A DNA stretch of 64,000 nt from an uncultured Gemmatimonadales bacterium (lineage in GTDB: Bacteria; Gemmatimonadota; Gemmatimonadetes; Gemmatimonadales; Gemmatimonadaceae), in contig CAVPQB010000004.1 of the NCBI GenBank assembly GCA_963707505.1, forward strand, positions 416,001-480,000, written 5' to 3'. Position 1 is the stretch's first letter; each line of letters opens with the position of its first letter. A program made the position numbers and the translations under genes. Below are positions 9,368-19,236 of this stretch, piece after piece. The notes under the pieces are model-generated. The model saw only the letters and a list, made by a program, of their open reading frames with translations. It ran no database searches and was not told the DNA's origin.

Positions 9368-10639
9368 ATGCATCAACACATTCGCTGGCTGGCCCTCTCC
9401 GTTCTGATTGGCGGTTCCTTCCCGACGACGACTGTCGCGGCGCAGAGTACGACGTTGAACGCTGCAGCAATCTCGACTAAAACGGGGCTGACGCCGCCCA
9501 GTCTGCTCGCACCGTTCAAGACTGGCAAGCAGTACTTCGACGTTGACGCGTCGGGCGCGTTGCAGGTGCGTAGCGGAGAAGGCGTCGCTCCGCGCATGCT
9601 GCTTCCGGGCGGCAGCTTCTCCCTCGTCGCGCCATCTCCGAATGGCCGATACATTGCTTACGGAGTCGGTGCGGCGACGGGCACAGGACCATATCAGGTT
9701 CGCGTTCGTGACGTGCAAACCGGCAGAGATCTTCCCGACGTGTTGCACAATGCTCGCATCTCGCCTGCACCGTGGTCGCACGACGAGAAGGGCTTTCTGT
9801 ACGTGCGTCAGGATTCGGCGAATGGGCGCGAGCGTATCTACTATCATGGAATCGGCCGTGCCGAATCGAATGACGCGCTGATCTTCAGTCAGTTCGATCA
9901 TCCCGAGTGGCGTTACGCGGCGCGCGTGAGCGACGACGGCCATTACGCGGTGTTCACCATTTCGTATCCCGCGGACCCGCACACACGCATCTATTTCATC
10001 GATCTCGACGATCCTGGCAAGCCGAATTTCGGTGCGCCAGTCGTGAAGCTTGTGCAATCGTTCGATTCGCGCTACGAATTCGTGGACAACGCTGGCAGTT
10101 ATTTTTTCCTGCAGACTGACCGCGACGCGCCGCTCGGAAGAATCATTCTCGCCAACACCGACGTAATCCGCGAGACGCGTTGGCCGTCGCTCATCCCGCA
10201 GGCCGACGATACGTTGTTGTTCGCGAGGACGGCCGGTGACGAGTATCTCGTCGCGGTGTATCGGTCGGCGGCCGGCGCGACCAGCGCGCGCCTGTACGGC
10301 CCGCAGGATCCGTCGGTGCTGCGCAACGAGATGCGCAGTCGCATGGATTCGCTCAGGAAAGCCCGCGAGAAAGAGGGCGACAGTCGTCGCCCGGACAGGG
10401 GACTGGGGCCGCGCGGGCTCATGGGCGCCGGGCCGGCCATACGGCTCGAGCCGCGCAGCGATTTGCCGATTCCGGCCGGAGCCAGCATCATCGCGATGAA
10501 CTCGGTCGCGGACGACGCGCAACTCTTTTATACCGTAAAGTTGTCTGATGGAAAGGTGCAGTCGTTCGTGTACGACGTGAAGCGATCGACCAACCAGCCC
10601 TTTCCGGAACCAGCCGCGAATCCTTCACCTGGTAAATGA
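9368..10639 (+). CDS. Exported prolyl-oligopeptidase-type beta-propeller protein lacking a catalytic domain
   Basis: Signal peptide; SPNGRYIAYG, VRDVQTGRDLPD, WSHDEKGFLY, IYYHGIG, SDDGHY and FFLQTDRDAP resemble the S9A N-terminal propeller; no GxSxGG motif. Confidence 0.7.
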   Translation: MHQHIRWLALSVLIGGSFPTTTVAAQSTTLNAAAISTKTGLTPPSLLAPFKTGKQYFDVDASGALQVRSGEGVAPRMLLPGGSFSLVAPSPNGRYIAYGVGAATGTGPYQVRVRDVQTGRDLPDVLHNARISPAPWSHDEKGFLYVRQDSANGRERIYYHGIGRAESNDALIFSQFDHPEWRYAARVSDDGHYAVFTISYPADPHTRIYFIDLDDPGKPNFGAPVVKLVQSFDSRYEFVDNAGSYFFLQTDRDAPLGRIILANTDVIRETRWPSLIPQADDTLLFARTAGDEYLVAVYRSAAGATSARLYGPQDPSVLRNEMRSRMDSLRKAREKEGDSRRPDRGLGPRGLMGAGPAIRLEPRSDLPIPAGASIIAMNSVADDAQLFYTVKLSDGKVQSFVYDVKRSTNQPFPEPAANPSPGK

Positions 10640-11232
10640 TGGCCCTGCTTCCTTTTCTTGCTCTTTTCGCCGGCGCCGTCCGCACAGTAGTCGCCGTCGC
10701 CGTCGTCATCCTTGCAATCGCCTTTCTGCTCGACTGGCTGGTTCGTACGAGACGGGTAAACCCCTTCCATCCGATGGCACGGGTCATCCGCCGCTTCGTC
10801 GATCCGATGGTGACGCCGATCGAGCGGCGCATCGTGCGCGCGGGCGGCAGCCCGAGCTCGGCGCCGATCTGGGCACTCGTCGGCGCGGTGTTCATCGGGA
10901 TCGTGATCATCAGCGGCCTCGATTTCGTGCTCCAGGGGCTCGTGACGATGATCTTCGCGGCCTCGTCCGGCCCCGCGGGGCTCTTCGTAATGCTCGTGCG
11001 GCTCACATTCGACGTCCTGCGGCTCGCGATCATAATCGTGGTTCTCGTCTCCTGGCTGCCGATATCGCCATTTTCGGCATGGGTTCGCTGGGCCTTCGCC
11101 CTTACCGAGCCGCTGCTCCGCCCGCTCCGGGACATCGTTCCGCGACTCGGCATGTTCGATATCACTCCGATCGTAGCGTATTTCCTGCTGGGCATCCTGG
11201 AGTGGGCCTTCCTGAGGATGGTCGGTATGTGA
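10636..11232 (+). CDS. yggT: YggT family membrane protein (two repeats)
   Basis: LTEPLLRPLRDIVPRLGMFDITPIVA motif, plus a weaker first repeat (DPMVTPIERRI). Confidence 0.85.
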   Translation: MMALLPFLALFAGAVRTVVAVAVVILAIAFLLDWLVRTRRVNPFHPMARVIRRFVDPMVTPIERRIVRAGGSPSSAPIWALVGAVFIGIVIISGLDFVLQGLVTMIFAASSGPAGLFVMLVRLTFDVLRLAIIIVVLVSWLPISPFSAWVRWAFALTEPLLRPLRDIVPRLGMFDITPIVAYFLLGILEWAFLRMVGM

Positions 11233-11270
11233 ACTACATCCGTCCATCCGGCTTATCGGATGGACGGCCC

Positions 11271-11299
11271 TTGTCCCCGGCGGCTTTCGGGGCTATCGT
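11271..11299 (+). promoter_or_regulatory. Putative sigma70 promoter of metH
   Basis: TTGTCC-N17-TATCGT immediately upstream of the riboswitch-like element. Confidence 0.5.
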
Positions 11300-11312
11300 T
11301 CGAGACAATCGA

Positions 11313-11365
11313 TACCCGTGGCGATTTCAGGCAAATTGCGACCACGTAAAACTTTCGCTAAAGCG
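11313..11365 (+). ncRNA. SAM-II (SAM-alpha)-like riboswitch aptamer
   Basis: CCCGTGGCGATTT...TTGCGACCACGTAAAACTTTCGCTAAAG follows the SAM-II pattern: P1 CGTGG/CCACG, pseudoknot GCGA/TCGC, UUGC, GCUAAA. Lies upstream of metH. Confidence 0.8.
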
Positions 11366-11373
11366 CCCCTCAT

Positions 11374-11404
11374 GGCCCGGCGCTCCCTGCCCGGGCCTCT
11401 TTTT
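11374..11404 (+). terminator. Intrinsic terminator in the metH leader
   Basis: GGCCCGG-N10-CCGGGCC followed by TCTTTTT, between the aptamer and the metH ATG. Confidence 0.7.
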
Positions 11405-11418
11405 GTATTCACGGTGGT

Positions 11419-14400
11419 ATGACTACTTCAAGCTCTCCCGACGGCTCCAGTTCCTCCGCGTATCTCGCCGCGCTTGCCGATCGCGTTCTCGTGTACGACG
11501 GCGCGATGGGGACCAACATCCAGCGTTATCATCTCACCCCCGACGACTTCGGTGGCAAGGCGCTCGAAGGGTGCAATGACAACCTGGTGCTCACGCGTCC
11601 GGATGTGATTCAGGAAATTCACGAATCGTTCCTCGCGGTGGGATGTGATGTGGTCGAGACGTGCACCTTTCAATCGACGCCGCGTCGGCTGGAAGAGTGG
11701 GGGCTCCTGGACAAGGCGCACGATCTGAACGTGAAGGCTGCGCAGCTTGCCCGCGCCGCGTGTGACAAGTTCGCGACGCCGGATCGACCACGATTCGTGG
11801 CCGGCTCGATGGGACCGACCGGAATGCTTCCCTCGAGCACGGATCCCGTCCTTTCGAAAGTCACGTTCGAAGAGCTTGCGTCGAACTACTGCGCGCAGGC
11901 GAAAGCGCTCATCGAGGGCGGCGTGGATGTGCTTCTCATCGAGACGTCGCAGGACATTCTCGAAGTGAAGGCCGCGGTGGTCGGCATCGAGCGCGCATTC
12001 CAGGAGATGGGGAAACGCGTCGCCTTGCAGGCGCAGGTGACGCTCGACGTCAGTGGCCGTATGCTGCTCGGCACGGACATCGCGAGTGCGATGACGACGC
12101 TCGAATCGCTACACGTGGACGTGATCGGTCTGAATTGTTCGACCGGTCCCGAACACATGCGCGAGCCGATCCGGTTCCTCGCAGAGAACGCGACGTTGCC
12201 GTTGTCGGTCATTCCGAACGCCGGCCTGCCCCTCAATACGGGCACCGGCGACGCGATCTACCCACTCGAGCCTGCGCCGATGGCCGACGCGCTGGGCGAG
12301 TTCGTGCGCGACTTCGGCGTGCGCATTGTTGGCGGTTGCTGTGGAACGACGCCTGAGCATCTCGCCGCGATAGTTACACGTGTGAACGAGCTGCGCGCCG
12401 CAGATACGAAGAATGCGCCACGCGAGCGCGACGAGCCGCGACTTCCGATGGTATCCTCCGCAATGCGCGCGATGTCGCTGCGCCAGACGCCGCCGCCATT
12501 GATCGTTGGCGAGCGCGTCAACGCGCAGGGCTCGCGTCGCGTCAAGCGGTTCCTGCTCGCCGAGGATTACGAGTCGATTGTGGAAGTGGGGCGCGAACAG
12601 GTTGATTCCGGCGCCCACGTGCTGGATGTATGCGTCGCAGTGACGGAGCGATCGGACGAAGCGGTGCAGATGTCGCAGGTTGTGAAGCTGCTATCGATGG
12701 GCGTCGAAGCACCGCTGATGATCGACTCCACCGAAGCGGACGTCGTGGCGGCTGCGCTGGAACATGTTCCTGGTCGCGCAATTGTGAACTCGATCAACAT
12801 GGAGAACGGTCGCAAGCGCATCGAGTCCATTGTTCCTCTGGTGAAGAAGCATGGAGCCGCCGTTGTTGCGTTGACGATCGACGAGATCGGCATGGCGAAG
12901 ACGCGCGAGCGCAAATTGGAAGTCGCGCGCAAGATCTACGACATCGCCGTTGGCGAGTATGGCCTTGCGCCGGAAGATCTGTTGTACGACGCGCTCACGT
13001 TCACGCTCGCCACGGGCGACGCGGAATGGATCGATTCAGCGGCCGAGACCATCGAAGGGATCAGACTCATCAAGCGCGAGCTGCCGGGCGTGGGAACGAT
13101 TCTCGGTGTTTCAAACGTGTCGTTCGGACTGACCACCGAAGCGCGCTCGGTGCTCAATTCGGTGTTCCTGCATCACTGCGTGCAGGCTGGGCTGGACGCC
13201 GCGATCGTGAACCCGGCGCACATCCGGCCTTACGCCGAGATCTCCGCGGCGGAGCGCGCGGTCGCCGACGATCTCGTGTTCAATCGCAGGCCGGATGCAT
13301 TGCAGATGTTCATCGAGTACTTCTCGACGGCGCCGGAATCCAGCACCTCGGGTCCTGCAGCGAAGGAGGATCCAACCGCTGGCATGACGGCGGACGAGAA
13401 GATTCACTGGATGGTGTTGCACCGAAAGAAGGAAGGGATCGAGGATGCACTGGATGCTGCGAATGTGCGCGCGGACCCGGTTCGCGTGCTGAACGGCGTT
13501 CTGCTTCCTGCGATGAAGGACGTTGGCGACAAGTTCGGCGCTGGTGAGCTGATTCTTCCGTTCGTGTTGCAGTCGGCCGAGGTGATGAAGAAAGCCGTGC
13601 AGCATCTCGAGAAGTTCCTGGAGAAGAGCGAGGGTTACACCAAGGGTCGGGTGGTGCTGGCGACCGTGTACGGCGATGTGCACGACATCGGGAAGTCACT
13701 CGTCAATACGATCCTTTCGAACAACGGCTACACCGTGTACGACCTGGGCAAGCAGGTTCCCGTTAATACGATCATCGAGAAGGCGATCGAAGTCGATGCC
13801 GACGCGATCGGGTTGAGCGCGTTGCTGGTATCGACGTCCAAGCAGATGCCGTTATGCGTTCAGGAGCTGGACAAGCGTGGCATTCACATTCCCGTGATGA
13901 TCGGCGGAGCCGCAATCAACCGGCGCTTCGGGCGCCGCGCGATGTTCGTGGACGGAGAGCGCCCGTACGACGCCGGGGTATTCTACTGCAAGGACGCGTT
14001 CGAAGGTCTCGATACGATGGACGTGCTGCAGGATGACACGCGCAACGCGGACTTCGTGGAGAAGCTGATCGCGGATGCGCGCAAGGACATTTTCCTGCAC
14101 ACACAGGTAGGGAAGGACACCGCGGCCGGAACGGATTCGACGACGCGGAGCGACGTCGCTGCCGACAATCCAATTCCAACACCGCCGTTCTGGGGGCCGC
14201 GTGTGCTGCGCGACATTCCACTGGACGACGTGTTCGCGCATCTCGATCTGGATGAGTTGTATCGCCTGCAGTGGGGCGCTCGCGGCTCCGGCGAGCAGTA
14301 TCAGCGTACCGTGCGCGAGGAGTTCGAGCCTGTTCTGGAGCGACTCAAGGCGGATGCGAAAACCGAGGGATGGCTCAAGCCGGAAGTGGTGTACGGATAC

Positions 14401-14967
14401 TTCCCGGTGCAGTCGTCCGGCAATGAGATCATCGTTTACGACGCCGGCGCATACGCAGCGGACGGAACCAGGCGCGAGACCGCGCGCTTCACATTCCCAC
14501 GAATGGTCGGTCGCGAGCGGCTGTGTCTTGCGGATTACGTGCGCTCGGTCGAATCAGGCTTGGTCGACGTACTTCCGTTGCAGATCGTGACTGTCGGTCA
14601 CGCAGCGTCCGAGAAATTCGCAACGCTCCAGGCCGCGAACGAATACGCGGAAGCGTACTACATACACGGGCTTGGCGTGGAGACGGCAGAAGCGTTGGCC
14701 GAATGGAGTCACCGCCACGTGAAGGCGGAGCTCGGCATCGAGTCGGGCAAGCGCTATTCCTGGGGTTACGGTGCGTGCCCTGATCTTGAGGACCATGCGG
14801 TCGTTTTCAGGTTGCTCCCCGCGAGTGAGGAGATCGGCATGGTGCTGAGCGAGTCGTTCCAACTGATGCCGGAGCAATCGACTGCGGCTGTGATCATGCA
14901 CCATCCCGAGGCGCGATACTATGCTGTACGCGGCGCCGCGGCGGAAAGGGAGCCCGCGCTTGCGTGA
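11419..14967 (+). CDS. metH: Cobalamin-dependent methionine synthase
   Basis: DGAMGT, GLNCSTG, GGCCGTTP (Hcy/Zn), pterin domain IVGERVN, B12 motif DVHDIGK, activation domain RYSWGYGACP. Confidence 0.97.
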   Translation: MTTSSSPDGSSSSAYLAALADRVLVYDGAMGTNIQRYHLTPDDFGGKALEGCNDNLVLTRPDVIQEIHESFLAVGCDVVETCTFQSTPRRLEEWGLLDKAHDLNVKAAQLARAACDKFATPDRPRFVAGSMGPTGMLPSSTDPVLSKVTFEELASNYCAQAKALIEGGVDVLLIETSQDILEVKAAVVGIERAFQEMGKRVALQAQVTLDVSGRMLLGTDIASAMTTLESLHVDVIGLNCSTGPEHMREPIRFLAENATLPLSVIPNAGLPLNTGTGDAIYPLEPAPMADALGEFVRDFGVRIVGGCCGTTPEHLAAIVTRVNELRAADTKNAPRERDEPRLPMVSSAMRAMSLRQTPPPLIVGERVNAQGSRRVKRFLLAEDYESIVEVGREQVDSGAHVLDVCVAVTERSDEAVQMSQVVKLLSMGVEAPLMIDSTEADVVAAALEHVPGRAIVNSINMENGRKRIESIVPLVKKHGAAVVALTIDEIGMAKTRERKLEVARKIYDIAVGEYGLAPEDLLYDALTFTLATGDAEWIDSAAETIEGIRLIKRELPGVGTILGVSNVSFGLTTEARSVLNSVFLHHCVQAGLDAAIVNPAHIRPYAEISAAERAVADDLVFNRRPDALQMFIEYFSTAPESSTSGPAAKEDPTAGMTADEKIHWMVLHRKKEGIEDALDAANVRADPVRVLNGVLLPAMKDVGDKFGAGELILPFVLQSAEVMKKAVQHLEKFLEKSEGYTKGRVVLATVYGDVHDIGKSLVNTILSNNGYTVYDLGKQVPVNTIIEKAIEVDADAIGLSALLVSTSKQMPLCVQELDKRGIHIPVMIGGAAINRRFGRRAMFVDGERPYDAGVFYCKDAFEGLDTMDVLQDDTRNADFVEKLIADARKDIFLHTQVGKDTAAGTDSTTRSDVAADNPIPTPPFWGPRVLRDIPLDDVFAHLDLDELYRLQWGARGSGEQYQRTVREEFEPVLERLKADAKTEGWLKPEVVYGYFPVQSSGNEIIVYDAGAYAADGTRRETARFTFPRMVGRERLCLADYVRSVESGLVDVLPLQIVTVGHAASEKFATLQAANEYAEAYYIHGLGVETAEALAEWSHRHVKAELGIESGKRYSWGYGACPDLEDHAVVFRLLPASEEIGMVLSESFQLMPEQSTAAVIMHHPEARYYAVRGAAAEREPALA

Positions 14968-16846
14968 CGCGCTGCTGAAGCGGCTGCTCGATCCCGAGGC
15001 GCTCGTCGTTTTCGACGGTGCGATGGGAACGATGATCTATGCGCGCGGTGTGTTCATCAATCAGTGCTATGATGAGCTGAGCATTCGTGCGCCCGAGCTC
15101 ATCAGCTCGATTCACGACGAGTACGTCAGTGCTGGCGCCGAGGTGATCGAGACGAATACCTTTGGCGCCAACAGAATCAAGCTGGAGCAACACGGTCTGT
15201 CGGCCGACGTGCACCAGATCAATACTGCGGCGGCGAAACTGGCTCGCGCCTCGGCAGGGGATGCGGTTCTGGTTGCCGGTGCAGTGGGCCCGCTTGGTGT
15301 TCGCCTGGAGCCGTACGGACCAACGTCGCGCGATGATGCGCGCGAGATCTTCGCGGAGCAGATGCAGGCGCTGAAGAACGGCGGTGTCGATCTGTTCATT
15401 CTGGAAACGTTTTCGGATCTGGACGAGCTGATGCAGGCGATAGTCGCCGCGCGCGAGGTTGACGCGGGAATGCCCGTCATCGCGCAGGTAGCGATCAATG
15501 CGGATGGAGTCACTGCGTACGGCGCGACTCCGGAAGATATCGTGCGCACACTCGATGCGGCTGGCGCCGACATAATCGGGCTCAACTGTTCCGTTGGTCC
15601 ACAGACGATTCTCGAAGCCATCGAGAAGATGGCGCCACTCACTACGCGCAAGCTGAGCGCGCAGCCGAATGCGGGCATGCCGCGCGATGTGGGTGGACGC
15701 ACGATGTACATGGCGAGTCCGGAATACATGTCGACATATGCGCGCCATCTCGTCGTGGCCGGCGCGAAGCTGATCGGCGGATGCTGCGGGACCACTCCCG
15801 CGCACGTTCGGGAGATTGCCGAAGGTGTGCGGCCGCTCGCGCCACGCTCGGGGCGCACCTCGCGCGCTACGGTCACGCATGTACCTTCGGAGAACAAGGC
15901 GACCGGTGTCGCGCCCGTTCCGTTCGGTGATCGATCGAGATGGGCGAAGAAGATCGCCGCTGGTGAATTTGTAACGTCGGTCGAACTGGTCCCGCCGCGC
16001 GGCGTGGACGCGTCAAAACTGCTGCGCGACGCCGCGTCGTTGCGCGATGCAGGCGTCGATGCGATCAACGTGCCCGACGGTCCGCGCGCGCAGAGTCGGA
16101 TGGGGGCGGTCCTCACAAGTCTGCTGATCGAGCAGAACGCGCACATCGAAACCGTCACCCACTACTGCTGTCGCGATCGCAACCTGCTGGGCATGCTCAG
16201 CGATCTGCTCGGTGCTTCCGCGGTAGGATTGCGAAACGTGTTGCTGATCACGGGCGATCCACCAAAGATGGGGCCGTATCCATCAGCGACTGCCGTATTC
16301 GACATCGATTCGATCGGCCTCACGAATCTTGTGAGCAGTCTCAATCGCGGACTGGATCCCGGCGGTAACGCAATCGGCGAGCCGACGCGTTTTGCGGTAG
16401 GCGTCGGCGTGAACCCGGCTGCACTCGATGTCGCCAACGAACGGCGACGGTTCGAATGGAAGGTCGAGGCCGGCGCTGAGTATGCGATTACTCAGCCGGT
16501 GTTCGATGCGGACCAGCTCGAGACATTTCTGCGCAGCATCGAGCTGCTCCGGATTCCAGTAGTTGCCGGAATCTGGCCGCTGGTGTCGGTTAGAAATGCA
16601 GAATTCCTGGCGAACGAAGTGCCGGGTGTCACTGTGCCAGACGAGATTATCGCTCGCATGCGTCGCGCTAATGCTCTGTCCAAGGAACACGCGATACAGG
16701 AAGGAATCGCAATTGCGCGCGAGATGCTCGAGCGCGTGCAGCCAATCGTCGCGGGCGTTCAGGTGTCGGCTCCGTTCGGCAAGGCGGAGCTAGCCCTCGA
16801 AGTTTTCGCCGACGTCCTCGTGAAGCCGATCGCCGTCGCGAGTTAA
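14960..16846 (+). CDS. yitJ: Bifunctional homocysteine S-methyltransferase / methylenetetrahydrofolate reductase (YitJ-like)
   Basis: HMT domain (DGAMGT, GLNCSVGP, GGCCGTTP) fused to MTHFR (VELVPP, HYCCRDRN, ITGDPP, ITQPVF). TTG start after a GGGAG RBS. Confidence 0.92.
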   Translation: MRDALLKRLLDPEALVVFDGAMGTMIYARGVFINQCYDELSIRAPELISSIHDEYVSAGAEVIETNTFGANRIKLEQHGLSADVHQINTAAAKLARASAGDAVLVAGAVGPLGVRLEPYGPTSRDDAREIFAEQMQALKNGGVDLFILETFSDLDELMQAIVAAREVDAGMPVIAQVAINADGVTAYGATPEDIVRTLDAAGADIIGLNCSVGPQTILEAIEKMAPLTTRKLSAQPNAGMPRDVGGRTMYMASPEYMSTYARHLVVAGAKLIGGCCGTTPAHVREIAEGVRPLAPRSGRTSRATVTHVPSENKATGVAPVPFGDRSRWAKKIAAGEFVTSVELVPPRGVDASKLLRDAASLRDAGVDAINVPDGPRAQSRMGAVLTSLLIEQNAHIETVTHYCCRDRNLLGMLSDLLGASAVGLRNVLLITGDPPKMGPYPSATAVFDIDSIGLTNLVSSLNRGLDPGGNAIGEPTRFAVGVGVNPAALDVANERRRFEWKVEAGAEYAITQPVFDADQLETFLRSIELLRIPVVAGIWPLVSVRNAEFLANEVPGVTVPDEIIARMRRANALSKEHAIQEGIAIAREMLERVQPIVAGVQVSAPFGKAELALEVFADVLVKPIAVAS

Positions 16847-16856
16847 AGCCTCGCGG

Positions 16857-17897
16857 TCACTCCTTACCGACCACGAGTACTACAAATGAACCCGGCACCA
16901 TGCTCGGGCGCGCGCGCGGCTGTGTCGCCGTGGGGGCCGGAGCTGGATTGAAGCTGGCCGTGATCAGATAGACCCGGTGCGTCTTTGGATCCAGCGCCAT
17001 CGTGCGCGCCCCTCGCTCGGTCGGGATGTTCTCGCTCGTGAATTTTCCGGGCGCGGTCTGCGTCACGAGTGTGAGTGTTCCCGCGCCGTTCGAGCTGAAG
17101 GCGATGCCCGTCACCGGATCGAAGGCGTTGGCGTCGGTGCCGGCATCTGTCGGCGGAGTGGCTACGACCTGGCCGGTGTTGGAGTCGATGATGCCCATCA
17201 TCTTGTTGCCACATCCCGCGAAGAGCAGGTGATGCGCCTGATCCATCGCCAATCCACTCGGCTCCTCGCAGGGAGCGATGGGATATGTATGAAGCACGGT
17301 GAGCTTCGTAGCGTCGAACTCGACTATTGTGCTCTTGTCCTCGATGTTCACGAAGATGTGACCTGCACCGTCTGAAACGGCGGCTTCCGGCTTGCCTCCC
17401 AATGCGAGCGTGCCGACGACCGTATCGCCAACCGCGTCTATCGCCGTGGTGTTCTGGCCGCGGCCATTGAAGGTAAATACACGGTTGGTAGCCGAATCGT
17501 ACAGTATTCCATCAGGATTTGCTCCCGTAACGCGGATCACCTTCTTGGGCGCGAGCGTCACGAAATCGAATACCGTCACCGTCGTGTCGCGACCGTTGCT
17601 CGTGTAGCCCTTGCCGAGCGCGTACGCGAGAGCGATTCCATGTACGCCACCAGTGTTAGGGATCTCGGCTACGAGCTGTCCCGAATTTGCGTCGACCACC
17701 TGCACGCGCGTGGAGCGCGAGATGAATATTCTGCTGCGCGCGGTGTCGAATGTCACGTAGTCCCAACCACCCTCTCCGGCGACAGCTATGCGACGCGTTA
17801 CATGAAGACCACTGGGCGCTGTTTGTGCGCCGAGCGGCGCCGCTACCAGGGCCGACCCGAACGCCAGGGTGGCGAGCGAGAGAAAGCGTGCGAACAC
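16857..17897 (-). CDS. YncE/YVTN family exported beta-propeller protein
   Basis: Signal peptide from GTG 17897 (AGAGG RBS); GGWDYVTFD, GVHGIA, GKPEAAVSDG, GARTMALD. Confidence 0.85.
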   Translation of the reverse strand: MFARFLSLATLAFGSALVAAPLGAQTAPSGLHVTRRIAVAGEGGWDYVTFDTARSRIFISRSTRVQVVDANSGQLVAEIPNTGGVHGIALAYALGKGYTSNGRDTTVTVFDFVTLAPKKVIRVTGANPDGILYDSATNRVFTFNGRGQNTTAIDAVGDTVVGTLALGGKPEAAVSDGAGHIFVNIEDKSTIVEFDATKLTVLHTYPIAPCEEPSGLAMDQAHHLLFAGCGNKMMGIIDSNTGQVVATPPTDAGTDANAFDPVTGIAFSSNGAGTLTLVTQTAPGKFTSENIPTERGARTMALDPKTHRVYLITASFNPAPAPTATQPRARPSMVPGSFVVLVVGKE

Positions 17898-17952
17898 GAG
17901 AGCCTCTTGAGAAGTGTTTGGTATCATCAAATCATAATCAAAGCGGTGCCGA

Positions 17953-19236
17953 TTACTCAGGCGTCCTGCCCCGCGGTGGCGGGGGGAATCGGACTTCGGC
18001 GACCGTGCCCTTGCCGTTTTCGGACCGGAATGTGATGCGCGCATGGTGGACGTCGGCAATCCATTGCGCAATGGACAGGCCAAGTCCGGCTCCGTCGCCG
18101 CGAACCCGCGCCGTATCACCTCGATAGAACCGCTCGAAAATGTGCGCCATCTGGTCGCTCGGAATCCCGATCCCGGAATCCGCGACTGCCAGCAGCGGCC
18201 CCTGGGGGGAACTGGTCACCGATACCGTCACCGATCCGCCCGCCGGCGTGAACTTGATGGCGTTGTCGAGGAGGATCATCGCAAGCTGGCGCACCAGTGC
18301 TTCGTCGCCGTCGATCGAGGCTTCCTCGAAGGCATCCAGAGATAGCATGACGCTACTGCGTGAGGCCAACGCGCTGGCAGCACTCACCGCATCGGATATC
18401 ACGTCATCCAGAAATATCCGCTTCATCGTGACAGGCCAACCGCCGGCGTCGGATCGCGCGAGAAGCAGCAGGTCCTCCACGATCTTGCCAAGCCGGGTGG
18501 CCTCGCGCTCGATGGCAACCAGTGCCTCGCGCTCTCGGCTACTATCGTCGCCGGAAGCGAGCGCGACCTCGGCGCGGCTGCGGACCACTGCCAGCGGCGT
18601 GCGCAGCTCGTGCGCGGCATCGGCCATGAAGCGCCGCATGTAGTTCATGGTACGCTCTACCGGCTCGATCGATTTTCGCGTAAGAAACGAGCCGCCGACC
18701 GCAAATAATACGAGCGCGCCGAGCGCAGCCGCGCCGAATGCTAGAATGAGATTGGCGTACTGATCCTCGAGCTCGAGCTGATCGGCCACCGCGACCGATA
18801 CGTAGACGTGCCCGCCGCGCGAACGGAACCGCTCCGCGGACACTCGCAGTACATGATCGTTATGAGGATACAGCGTGAGCAGGGCAGTCGAATCCTGCAA
18901 TGCAGTTTTTGCAGCATCGGTGATCGCCGTCGGCGCGATGGACGGAACAAGTGGTTTCGCGTTGTGGTCGAAGAGATACAGGTCGCGGTCGGGAATGCGA
19001 AGCTCACCGACAGCATCCATCACAGCGCCGGATGCCGACGCTTGCTCCGCTTCGCGAATACTCGTGGCGCGCTGAATTGCGTCGGACGCCATCGCGAGTG
19101 ACGCATCCAACTGCGATGAGATCTGCGATCGTATGGCGAGGAACAAGCCGCCTCCGAGCAGCACGACGATGGTGCCGAGTGTCAAGGCGTACCATATCGT
19201 GAGCCGCATGCGAAGGCGCGCGAGATTGTCCGTCAA
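17953..19236 (-). CDS. Membrane sensor histidine kinase
   Basis: Two TM segments, H-box DAAHELRTPL, N-box LLDNAIKFT, G-boxes DSGIGI and GAGLGLSIA. Confidence 0.93.
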   Translation of the reverse strand: MTDNLARLRMRLTIWYALTLGTIVVLLGGGLFLAIRSQISSQLDASLAMASDAIQRATSIREAEQASASGAVMDAVGELRIPDRDLYLFDHNAKPLVPSIAPTAITDAAKTALQDSTALLTLYPHNDHVLRVSAERFRSRGGHVYVSVAVADQLELEDQYANLILAFGAAALGALVLFAVGGSFLTRKSIEPVERTMNYMRRFMADAAHELRTPLAVVRSRAEVALASGDDSSREREALVAIEREATRLGKIVEDLLLLARSDAGGWPVTMKRIFLDDVISDAVSAASALASRSSVMLSLDAFEEASIDGDEALVRQLAMILLDNAIKFTPAGGSVTVSVTSSPQGPLLAVADSGIGIPSDQMAHIFERFYRGDTARVRGDGAGLGLSIAQWIADVHHARITFRSENGKGTVAEVRFPPPPRGRTPE

